Under the pieces are notes generated by a model. That model saw only the letters and a list, made by a program, of their open reading frames with translations. It was not told the origin of the DNA and ran no database searches. A stretch of DNA of 64,000 nucleotides from Octopus sinensis (lineage: Eukaryota): positions 117,862,001 through 117,926,000 of the forward strand of contig NC_042999.1 of assembly GCF_006345805.1 (NCBI RefSeq). Direction: 5' to 3'. Each line of letters starts with the position of its first letter. Within the stretch, counting starts at the first letter, position 1. Positions 27,358-39,991 of the stretch are shown in pieces. Position numbers and translations under genes: made by a program.

Positions 27358-29002
27358 CTTGCGACTAGGCACCTGAAGAAGCAAGCCCATGCCGTTCACC
27401 AGCGCCTCCGTTGTGGGACGCTGGACCGACGGTCCGGTCGAGTTGCTCGGGGTCTGGTTCGGTCCGGACCTCCAAATGGAGAACTGGAACGAGATAACGA
27501 GTAGGGTGGTCACTCTCGCCCGGCAATGGGCCGAGAGGAAGCTGTCCCTAAAAGGTCGGGCGGAGGTGGCGAACACGTACATCGCGTCCGTCATCTACTA
27601 CCGCCTGTCCGTCGTGCCTTGTCCCGACCCTACCATCACCAAACTAGAGCGCATTCTCTTTCGCTTCTTGTGGAAAGGATACGTCCCGATGGTCAGGCGA
27701 TCCATTTGCTGTCAACACCCGTTAAAAGGAGGACTGGGCATGCCGTGGTTGATGATGCGCAGACACGCGCTGAGACTGCGACATCTCAGGCTCTTCGTAG
27801 ACGACGGTGAACAGGTGTGGTCGCCGTTTGTGAGGCACGCTTTCCCGCAGCTCGTCTCCATGACCGAACTGCAATCGTGGATCAAAAAGAGGCCGAGGAA
27901 GGGCGAATGGCACCGCGAGTGTCGCGTTGCTCTCAAGCAACTCTGCCGTCCTGGGTCAACCTTGAGTGACTCCATCACAACCAAAGCATTATATAGGGGA
28001 TTAGTGGAGGGGAGGTATGACGAGAAGCTCGAGGCGAACCTGGACAACTTCCAGAGATCCCTGGCCTGGCAGAGCTACCGAGAAGCGGTACCCGTTCGGG
28101 ATAAGCTCTACAGACACGGCTCGAGAAACACGGGGCCGACCTGCCCGAGATGCGGTCAGAGCGACGAAACCGTTCTGCACGCACTCGTGCAGTGTCCAAC
28201 AATCTCCGACCTGTGGGCTTATGTCGAACAACTGCTGTCACGTGTGGGACGAGTCGGTTTATCAGCTGAGTCTATCGTCAATATTGTTACGCCACCGTCC
28301 TTCAAACGGGAAGGAAGAGCTATTTTCATCATCTTTGTGGCTATGGCGAAAGAATGTATCTGGTGGACGCGTCTGAAAGGATTGGAGACAAACACTTTCC
28401 TCTCTGGTCAACCTCTCATCAACTTCTTCAAGTACCACTTGAAAAGGAAAGTGAGAGTAGAGAGGCAAGTTTTGTCTAGCGAATGTTATAAAAAAAAGAT
28501 GGGTGAATGTAGCAAGGATGGCACGTATGAATGACGAAGCCACCTTGAGCATAATCCTATGAACCCAGAAATTGAAAACAGAGGGTTACCCACTTGCAAA
28601 CAAATGTGGTAACATATAACAATATTGACCAAGGTTACCGTGGTCTTTTCCGTAGGCTTTTCTTCCCACGGATAAACCTTACTTGCTTTCCCCTTTACAC
28701 CATACATCATGACACTGTGATACACGATCCCTATTGATCGTCTTTTTTTCCTCTTCCTCTTTTTTCCTCTTTTTTCTTCTTTTTTTCATTTTTATTTTCT
28801 TTTGTTCCCTTTCCTCTTTTCTTTTTTCTTTCCTTTTTTTTGTTCTTTTTTCCCTTTTACGGTCCCTTTTGATCAAAAACCTACGCCACCTTTTTTTTCT
28901 TGGTTCTTTTGTTTTTTTTTTGTTTTTTTCATCCCCCAAAAGAAAAGCTCTACCTTGTAACTTGTCCCATCTGTGTGCAGCCCTGTGTGACCAATAAATA
29001 AA
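27358..29002 (+). mobile_element. Tx1/L1-clade LINE, 5'-truncated; open ORF2 C-terminus (post-RT region plus zf-RVT), T-rich 3' UTR
   Basis: ORF 27389-28534: LLGVWFG, LSLKGRAEVANTYIASVIYY, LFRFLWKG, KGGLGMP and CPRCGQSDETVLHALVQCP. Visibly GC-rich against the background; ends at AATAAATAAA. Confidence 0.9.
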
Positions 29003-29003
29003 C

Positions 29004-29084
<81 letters not shown>

Positions 29085-29130
29085 CAACTATCTATTTATC
29101 TATCTATCTATCTATTTATTTATCTATCTA
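29003..29130. repeat. (TATC)n, right flank of the Tx1 insertion
   Basis: Visible repeat. Confidence 0.95.
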
Positions 29131-29789
29131 CCTGCTGGCTGTCTCAGAAACTATCTTGCCTGATAGCTTCACCCTCTCTCTCTCTATCTCTCTCTCTCTC
29201 TCTCTCTGTACTTACTTATATTTTTGCCTTACTTATGGTATTTGAATGTCGAATGAAATTTGATGTAGTTATATAATTAGTTACAAGTTTTACTGGATAT
29301 TCAGACAACACACGTAACATTTACTCATAGAGAATGAAAGTAAGCTAAGTATTTTTAAAAGAAGTTCATCACAAAATGTTATCCCTTAAGTTTACAATGG
29401 AATATGAATATAAAATCCTACGCTATCATTTATAAGCTGGGAAAACTAAAAGAAAGAATTATTCTAAATGGAATTTCAAGATGCTTTTGAGATTCGTTGA
29501 TTTAACGAAAGAAAAAATTTAAAGTGCTGTGATGATATTATAATCTTACAGCGATATGTAGGATAACAGGAGATTTAACTATCTGAAAATCAAATCATTA
29601 GTGACGTAGAGTGGTAGTCAAACTGTAAACGTCAGTGCATATGCACCTGCACATGATGCATCAGAGTAGATTAAGAGGCTTTTTAAAACACATATCCAAG
29701 GCTCCAGGAAAATGTGATTTGTATGATGTGATAGTGATATATTGGTGAATCTATTACAGAGAATAATAATAATTTCTAACGTATAAAAG

Positions 29790-29960
29790 CATCACAAAAG
29801 TGTGAGGGTATGGTATTTGACCAGTGCTTTATGCCAAGGGCTCAGAAGGGGTGAAAGCAAAGTCAGCATCAGCAGGACTTGTATTCAGAATGCAAAGGAA
29901 CTTACACGAAACTAAATATTTCAAGGAATTTTGTCCAGGGCTTTATCTATTCTTCCAGTG
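29790..29960 (-). mobile_element. Degenerate MetaSINE-like copy
   Basis: Residual match: AGAAGGGGTGAAAGCAAAGTCAGC...TTCAGAATG. Confidence 0.55.
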
Positions 29961-30270
29961 ACTGCACTTCCGAAGGCTAAGAATGCAACTAGGGAGTAAT
30001 AATTGACAGTGGCATTGCCAAGCTAGTGGTACTTCGGCAATTGTTAATGGATATATAATGACAAATGAAAAGATGATATGAAAGAGATTGGAGAGGGAGG
30101 GACGGAGGCAAGGAAACAAACTAAAAAAGTATTTTATATATTTATAATTTTATATTACGCTTAGATATTTGTTTTGCAACATTCCTGATGTGAAATCAGG
30201 TGTTGAAACAGATATTGTTATATTTCGAGACGATCATTTTTTTTTTTGCCAAATAAATACATGCACTGTT

Positions 30271-30553
30271 TATTCGTTCTTCACTTCAGATTTATTTTAT
30301 TATTGTTCATATTTTATGTTCTATGTCTGGAAATCTTTCTTTACACATCCTGTAACCTTTTCAGCGACTCTCAATCCCACGTGTCTCTCCCTATCCTGTT
30401 TAGACCGAAGAAAGACAAAATGGACTAGACCGGACAGAATTCACATGGGATGGAGAGTTGCTGAAGAGGTCACAGGATGTGTGACGAAAGTTGCCAGACA
30501 TAGAACATGAAATTAGAACAATAATAAAATAAATCTGAAGTGAAGGGCGAATA
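30271..30553. repeat. Inverted repeat (~113-bp arms, 58-bp spacer) containing a hammerhead-like core
   Basis: 30271-30383 is an imperfect reverse complement of 30442-30553. The right arm has CTGAAGA-g-GTCACA ggatg TGTGAC-GAAA. Confidence 0.85.
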
Positions 30554-30557
30554 TATA

Positions 30558-30680
30558 TACATACATACACACATACATACATACATACATACATACATAC
30601 ATACATACATACATACATACATACTACATACATACATACATACATACATACATACATACATACATACATACATACATACA
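30558..30680. repeat. (CATA)n microsatellite
   Basis: Visible repeat. Confidence 0.95.
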
Positions 30681-31009
30681 TCTTTAAAGACTCCGCCGGT
30701 TACGACGACGAGGGTCCCAGCTGATACGATCAACGGAACAGCTTGCTCGTGAAATTAACGTGCAAATGGCTGAGCATTCCACAGACACGTGTACTCTTAA
30801 CGTAGTTCTCGGGGATAATCAGCGTGACACAGAGAGTGACAAGGCTGACCCTTTGAAATACAAGTACAACTCATTTTTGCCAGCTGAGTGGACTGGAGCA
30901 ACGTGAAATAAAGTGTCTTGCTCAAGGACACAACGCGTCGCCGGGAATCGAACTCACAACCTTACGATCATGAGCCGAATGCCCTAACCACTAAGCCACG
31001 CGCCCTCAC
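30681..31009 (-). mobile_element. tRNA-derived CORE-type SINE
   Basis: The minus strand has TGGCTTAGTGG and GAGTTCGATTCC boxes and a CCTTGAGCAAGACACTTTA CORE-like motif. The central domain is shared with the 5.1-kb SINE. Confidence 0.9.
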
Positions 31010-33759
31010 TATACATACATACATACATACAAACACACACACATATAGTGAGTATGTGTGCGTGTGTTTTTTGGGGTGGGGAACGAAAATGAGCATCCTG
31101 AAATATAACAATATAATTTATGATAGTTCAATAATCATAAAATAAGAAGCATGCACTTACATGTAATATTATACGAGGCATTCTAGAGATATTCCAGCCG
31201 GTCAGAGGCATTCCAGCCAGTACCGGCCCGTTTGCTCTTTATTTTCCCAAGACAGTCATGCAATTTAAGGGATATCTAACTGCTACCTCTAGTTGACAGA
31301 ATATGAGGTTCCTCCTTATTTGCTCGGGTTAGAATGTGTAATTAAGATCAGTTATCCCTGTATCTCATGAGCGTTTCATATCTGACAATTTCAGTTTGAA
31401 ATGTTCAATATCAATGTCTCATTTTCAATTTGTTGATGTCGATATTTCTATTGAATGTTTAAATATGGTTATGTTTATGTACCCATTTATGCTTACCTTC
31501 AAATGTTATATATTATTTGTGGGAAGTTTGGATCATCTCGCATTCAAATATTCTCTAATATTTGTGAAGAAGGTGGACTGAATCATATTCCTTAATTCAT
31601 TAACACGTTGCTGGAGAATGATTGGCATCCCCTATATAATCTCCGCCCTTGTATATTACAGAGGCCTGGATATATTCCGTTGGCTTCAAGTTATTTCTCA
31701 ATATTTTAATCGGACATTTGGCAAGTGTGTGCACTTGACAGACTCAAGTGTCCACTTTGTTCATACGCAATTTATTAACAATTATCTTGAAATGAGTGAA
31801 TTTTATGTTCAACCTTTCCATGTTTGTAGCGAAATTAATCTGAGATATGGAATCCCGGAGAAACATGTATACTGAAAGGTCATCTGTCATTCTTTTTGAT
31901 CGTAGTCCAGGAAAATGCTGTGGATAGCCATTAAGTCACAAGACTTTATAGGATTTCTTATCACATGGGATATTATTTGCCACATCGTGACATTTACTTC
32001 TCCTCGATTAATCTTGTATTTAATGTAAAACATTTTAACAGTTGTATGTTAGACAGATTAAGACTTTTCTAAATGCTAATTCAGCGCCGTCGCTGCGTAG
32101 AATATGGTATGGCTTAATTATTTGCTCACACCCCAGAAACACAAAACAATCTGTACGGATAGTAAATCCAATCGAATGGTATGTAAATTGTCTAATCAAC
32201 GGTTATGCACTTCTTTGATTGTCGTACTTCATCGATTTTTCATAATTGTCCTACTGTAAACTCTATCATGCAGTTGGTCTCCGTATAGGGAGCCTTGTGG
32301 TGTCTAGGGCGTGCCTCGTCTATTTAGTTCTCCAGTTTCTTTTGCATGGTAAAATAAACGTATAGTAACTATAACTTTAGGGGTCAAAAATTTGGTATAT
32401 GATTCTTTGTGATTAACTGGATATGATGGTGACAGCTTTAGATTCTAATCTGGAGTGATTCCAGATATTTCAGTAACTTCGGCGCATATGTGAATTCTTT
32501 GTTTTCGCATTTGTGTTACATAACAAATATAAAAAGATTGTTCTTCAAACGGCGTCGCGGTGTCATTTTGCTAACTTATTAAAACGTATAAATGTTGCAG
32601 CCAGATGGGAAAAAAATCATGCAGTTGATAATATGGAATTAAACAGACATTGTAGAAGCTGTGTGAGTTGTACAAACAAGCTCATTGTATAGGGGTTCTC
32701 ATTTATCTAGATGAACCTTTAGTTTCCTTGTGTTGTGTCACTGGATACGTGTGTTTTTGTTTTCTGTATATCTCTTTCACTGCAGATTATAATGCTGCAG
32801 ATAATATTGTCGAATATTAGAAAAAAGGAAGACTGATTAAGTTTTCGCTGAAACGTTTCATATTATTCTATAAAAATGTACTGGATTTGAGTTTTGTGAG
32901 AGAACCTTGACATCGCTCACTTAATCGTCAATAAAATTGTGACTACATATAAAATCTATAATGCTGGAGATAATGTTGACAATAGGGAGAAAATTGTAAC
33001 ACTTAGAGGAACGACCAATTTATCGAAGATCATAGTTGTAACCTAAAATTGATAAAGGCTGTAGTTATTGTTACTGTTGAGATGCTTCAGCCTGTTCTTT
33101 GCCTACTGAAGGCTTCATAGTAACTATTATCTCCTAATGACGCCTTCATCGATTATACATTACTTTTCCTTTCATAGAAGTTAGAAGCAGATCTCTATGC
33201 AGTACGTATTTCACAGTTTCTGATACAACGAAATCACACCAGATGGCAAGGCCAAGTATTCAAATTTCATAATGCAAAATGATAACGATCACATGGAAGA
33301 TAGAACAATGTATCAGCACAAAAAATCATAAGAATCACTCTTTTATAAAACCCTTTTGAATTGCACACATGTACCACCAATAACTTTGAAGTCACTAGTA
33401 ATATTGATTATGTTAAAGATAGGGAAACAAAAACACATATACGACGAACAAAAGAGGTATATGCTCATATTACAGCTGTACGACATCTTTAGATTCCTAC
33501 CTGTGATTAATTCAGATCGTTGGATATCTAACTTGGTATATCAGCAGAGATCTTTTGAAGCTGGCTTCCAAAAATATCAGAAAACTGAGTATTTACAATT
33601 ACCATTAATGGAGTCCTTAATGAAGCTGGAAAATTCCTAAAATATGCCATAAGGTTAGGCTATCGTACATGTATAGTACAGACATACAAACATAGGTAAT
33701 TATATATATTTATATAAATTAGTGTACGTTTTTATATACAAAAGAGGTGACCTTTAACA

Positions 33760-35738
33760 GGACACCTTACATGCTGGAAAAGGCAGTTAAAGCCCAAACC
33801 ACGAATAACAGTAATTTGAAAGGGAATGAAAAATAAAAACACTTCAAAGTTTCCCTTACACTCAAGTTTCTGCTTTAATGTGCAAATAAATTAATTTGCC
33901 ATCCATGCTTCTTCAGTAAGGGTGGTAAAATTGGTGTATATTTATGCAACACTGCGCTGCGCTGAAGTGACAGCGGAAGACCCGGAAAAAGAGAAATTAA
34001 GAAAGCTAACACTGAAGTCGTTGAATTGGGACCCTGAAAAGATGAAGAGATACTTGAGCAAAGTAGAAATAGAAGCAACGAATGTGAAGCTTGTAATGCC
34101 GGAGGAGAAAAAGAAAATGTTAAGGGATTTAACAAGAGTATACAGAACATTCTCCAACGAATCCAGGAGGATTGAAATAGCACCGGAATTTCAAATAGAA
34201 ACAATGGTATCGTGCTGTATGGATAGAGTGGTTTTCATAAATAGAGGAAGCCAATACGGCACGATAAATATTACATTTGAAAATGTGGAGGCGGCAAAGA
34301 AGAATGGCCAAGTGATAGAAGGAAATAGGTAGACTCTCATTCCCGACAAACCGGGAAAAAGTTGGTGAAAATTAGAGTTGGAAGAATCCCACCCATAATA
34401 GAGCCCGAATGGGTAATAGTGGGAATCTTCGGAGAGAACTTTAAGAAAGGAAGTACAAAGTTAAACGTTCTAACAGTGAGTAAATCACAATGTTTGAATT
34501 TTGGGGGTTATGAAATTGAAGCAGTTTGCGCTATAACCGAAGTATACTATCAGGAAATACCGGAAACGGTAGAATTACCGACCAGTGAAAAGTTGGATAT
34601 TGTGCTACAGGGAAGACCCCCAAAATGCTACATGTGTGGCATAAGGGGGCATATGAGAAGGAAATGCCCGAATACAGAAGTAGAGAAAAGGCTGGAAACA
34701 ACAATGGAAGAAAAAGCAGCCGATAAAGAGAAGATGGAGAACAATAATAGAACGAATGTGGTAAAGAGAAAGAAGAGAGAACGTAAAAAGTCACCAACTT
34801 TGGAAGAAGCAAAAAAGAGTAGGGGGTGGCAGAGAATGTAACTCATCAGAACGGTAACACCGAGGAGCCAACTATGGAAGGGATAGAGAGAGCGATGGAA
34901 CTGCAAAACAAAGACGAAACAGAGCGAGAAAATTTAGAGTTGTGTAAGCTAAAAGATAGAGAACAGACGGAAGAGACGTATTTGAAAAAGTCATCAACTT
35001 TAGAAGAAACGGAAAAAAAGTAGTGGAATGACAGAGAATATAACAGACCAGGACGGTAACACTGAGAGAATATATATAGAAGATATGTTGAGAGCGATGA
35101 AACTGCAAAGCGAAGAAGAAGTGTGGCAGTGGTTTAGGCTCAAAGAAAAAGAACAGATGGAAGAGAAGTATTTACAGTCGGGAGAAATTTCAGATACACA
35201 AAAAGAGATGAACGAAACAGTAGACTCGAGAAGAGAAACACAAGAAAAGAAAGAGAACGAGAGGAAAAATAAATGTAACAATAATAAATGTGGAAAAAAA
35301 AACGTAGATGGTAAGTATAATTACGAGTGTAATGCAACTAATTGTTTTTTAAAAAAATATGAATTGAACTGCAAATGAACTGAGAATTGAACTTATTTGT
35401 CTGTGAAATTTAATATGCAAAAAAAAAGGAAAAAATAAGGACTGGAAAAAAAGATAAAATAGAAAAAGAAAATACAAAGACTAATGTGAACAATTAATGA
35501 TAAATTTTACGATATTGATAAGAAGACCATCGCGGTTTCGCCTCACAGTGAGACCCGATGGTATTGAGAATTAATATGAAAAATTCACTGTTCGTCTCAC
35601 AGAGGGAGTGAGTCGAACAGCTTCATTCTCAGTAATTATTAATCACTCCATCAATCATACATCATTTGTTTTATGTTCCCGTTTTGTCTTGTTTTGTCCC
35701 CTCTATGTAATCAGGCCATTGTGCCTATAATAAAGAGA
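33760..35738 (+). mobile_element. ORF1-only Tx1/L1-like non-autonomous retroelement (gag-like zinc knuckle)
   Basis: ORFs 33922-34332 and 34362-34841 (joined by a frameshift) include KIRVGRIPPIIEPEWV and CYMCGIRGHMRRKC (CX2CX4HX4C). No endonuclease or RT follows. The 3' end TTGTCCCCTCTATGT...AATAAAG resembles the Tx1 3' end at 28.96 kb. 5' boundary uncertain. Confidence 0.7.
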
Positions 35739-35752
35739 AAAGGACACGCTAC

Positions 35753-35798
35753 CCTGAACTGATGATGGGCAATACCCAGAAACATGCATGTATTCAGG
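35753..35798 (+). ncRNA. Canonical minimal type I hammerhead ribozyme
   Basis: Stem I CCTGAA/TTCAGG (6 bp), CTGATGA, stem II TGGG-caata-CCCA, GAAA, stem III ACA-tgca-TGT and a GUA triplet. Predicted cleavage after 35792. Confidence 0.9.
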
Positions 35799-36020
35799 TT
35801 GCTGTTCCTAGCTGGTGGGGGTGCTTGCCTCCCCTTTGCGAATATAAATACACAGAAAATGTGTCAAAGCCGACAGGAAGCGTCGATGCTTCCTAGGGCT
35901 ATATAGCGGTGGTGTAATTCCCTCTACGGGACTGTCACATTTTGTTGACTTTATACAACCACTTTATCGCTCCACCACCGCTCATGTCTCGTTGAGACAT
36001 TTAGAAATTCATTATTTCTA

Positions 36021-36043
36021 AATATATATATAAATATATATAT

Positions 36044-36123
<80 letters not shown>

Positions 36124-36178
36124 ATATATATATATATATATATATAATATATATATATATATAAACATATATATATTT
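36021..36178. repeat. (TA)n microsatellite
   Basis: Visible repeat. Confidence 0.95.
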
Positions 36179-36849
36179 AAAGTGTAGGCCAAATGCCATT
36201 CGACAGTAAATCAAAATTCCATAAATATTTAATATTCAATTTTAGTTATCCATTTGGGAAAATGGTGTCGCTCCAAAACGACTTCAATTTGAACGCTTCA
36301 TATTTAGATGCTTTTATTAAATTTATCGTGTTGTTAAACATGAATAAATCTTGGAATTAATCGGTTTATCGGTTTTGATTTACTGTTAGGTGACTTTTGG
36401 CCAACTCTGTATGTATGTATGTGTTTGTGTGGAGAGAGAGAGAGAGAGGCGGAAGATCACAGGTAGATATGTTTACTTATATTTATAAGTCACAAAAAAT
36501 TGCATAACATTAATACATTACATATGCACTGAGTCCATCAATTATGGCTACGAAGCTGTTTCGTATCTCATATCAAATATGTGTACATGTATTATCTCGT
36601 ATAGTTGCAAAAACGCATGCAGCTTTGCTGTAAGAACTGAACCAAGTAAGAAGTTGACAATTTGCTTCAGTAGATACTGACTTTATAAACTACACATTAA
36701 TAACAAACAAATGTATCTATGTTGTGATATACAGTTATACACATCAGCCTACATCACATTAAACTAAACGATTAGACGATGTTATCAGTTTGCATAGGGT
36801 CTCATGTAAATTACGTTTATGTATGTGCATAAGGAAATATGTATGTATA

Positions 36850-37768
<919 letters not shown>

Positions 37769-37789
37769 ACATATGTAATACTGCTTCAT

Positions 37790-38510
37790 TTTCCACAATC
37801 CCAACATGGTTAATCCTAACAAAATGATGAAACAGATTTCCAGCGCACCCTATCTAATATATCATTTGGTACCTCTGGTGTCATAGCAGCTATTAACAAA
37901 TTTACCAACTACTCAGCTGCAAGACCTGACAGTTTCTCCTCTCGAGGTTAGGTGTTCCGACATCAACTAGCATTCCCTTTAGCTATTCTCTGGAGGAAAT
38001 CACTGGATACTGGATATATTCCCGATAGTTTCCTATCGCAGTAGATTGTCCCAATTTTTAAAAAATGCAACAAATCGATGGCAATAAATTTCCGACCGAT
38101 TTCACTTACCACTCATATTATCAAATTATTTGAGAGAGTGGTGAGATCTCGAGTAAATCACTTCCTGGTGAGTGACAGTCTATTTATTCCCAGCATAGTT
38201 TCCATAATGACACTGGCTTCCTAACACAGCTCATGCATCTGTCTTCGCTTCAGCAAGGTATTCGACGAAGATGACTACACCGTCCTATTAAAGAAACTAA
38301 CCAACATTATTAACGTAGGCTGAATGATTTCTGGTGAACAGAAGCCAGTATATGTGGATCAATCTCGACAAGAATCATCAGTGGAGTCCTACAAGGCACT
38401 GTGTTGGTCATACTCCTCTATATTATTTTACATCAACGACATCACTGACGTCATGAAACACAGCAGCATTTAGAATTTTCGCAGATGACTCTAATCTATT
38501 TTGCATTACT
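37790..38510 (+). mobile_element. CR1-clade LINE RT fragment, decayed
   Basis: Remnants include SAARPD, LAFPLAILWRKSLDTG, IVPIFKK and FRPISLTTHIIKLFERVVR; later FADDS. Confidence 0.75.
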
Positions 38511-39991
38511 GAACGGTGTTGGATAATTTGATATGCAAAGTATTTGTTTAAAAATATATACGATTCCAAGCACACTGTAGAACGTAAGCATCCTCAAACC
38601 GATCACTTGTTTTTCCTTTCGACGGAAGCAATAAGTCTGTGAATCAACAACCTAAATTATTTTTCACATCGAAGCTAAAATGATTTATTCATTTTAAAAG
38701 TAGAGGTATTATAGTTTACTTTTTATGCAAATAAGACTGAGCTGTTTAAACAAACTTTAGTTTGTATACACTACCAATAGCTGTAAGCTTCAAATCGCTA
38801 TGTGGATAGGAGATAGGTAAATCTTCTATAATAAAGTTCTAAGAGGACTCGAAATTAACCCCACTTTTCCCGTTTACAGAGAGATAAAATCCCAAGTGTA
38901 AATATTTTGTTCACTTTCCGCTGCGAGGCCCAAAAGGTATGATTATGTTTATAACAAACACCATAATATAGATACACACGTATTTTGTTTACAAACATAT
39001 GGCGTGCTACTTCTTTTTTAGTCTATTTATTCCATTCAAGTGGGCTAGAAGCAAAAACAAAGGTAATTCAGTTAGGTGCAAATGTGCAAAATGGCATACA
39101 TGAAACATTCTAAATTAATTAAAATCTTCCTTTTGGCAGGAAACAGGAAACAAAAATTGTTTATCATGGCTGTTATCTTGCTTGCAAACAAAGATTAGAT
39201 TTTTTCCTCAAATATAAAAAATAATTTTCTGTGAAATTAAATCTGGATTTCTTGAAAACATTTCCAGTTTTTTTCAGTGTCACTAATAATTTTTACTGGG
39301 ACCTTGTTTGCTTTCATTAAATAAGCAAATTTCAGTTTCGTACATTATTTATCAGCTATCTGAATTAGATATACGTGCGTATGAGTATTCGAAAAGATAT
39401 AAAAAAACTCTATTGACTCTTCCTGAGAAAGGGGCGGAAATCTCTAAATTTGTAAATGCCTTGTACCACTTTCGTTCAAATTCCTCCAGTTCTCCCTTCA
39501 TCACAAGCACAATAATCAAAAAAACGAAATCGAAGTTCTTGGTCCATCCAAACTTTTGCCGAATTTCTTCCAAACTCATTTCTTCACAATATCATATATA
39601 TAAATTTTTGCAATGCAAGACATAAATGAAACAGATGCAATTAAGGTGAACATTGTTGCAAACATCTTAATAGCATTCACCTCTGCATTCCTGAGAAAGT
39701 TGTGGCATAAGGTTTCCACTCACTTGTCCATTCTGTTAATCACTTTTTCACGTCTAGTGTTTATGAAAACGGCGACTCCAGAGAATGACATTTATAAAGA
39801 CTAGCATTAAGTCGTGTATTTTTGCACTGCTTTTATCAGTGATATACGTGGTGTTTGTGCACCAGCGAAATTTGCCGTTGTCTCAAAGTTGCAACATGAG
39901 AGTATAGATAACAGCAAATTGCGGATGAATGCTGCTTTAGACATACAACTCGTTTCTACCGTATCAGAAGTTACACTATTAAATGTACATA

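Noticed and set aside
28679-28997. K/E/R-rich and F-rich ORFs
   Set aside because: They are translations of the T-rich 3' UTR of the Tx1 element.
31600-32640. Possible piggyBac-like relic (KFGI on +, LDNLHT on -)
   Set aside because: The motif hints fall on opposite strands and cannot be reconciled by eye.
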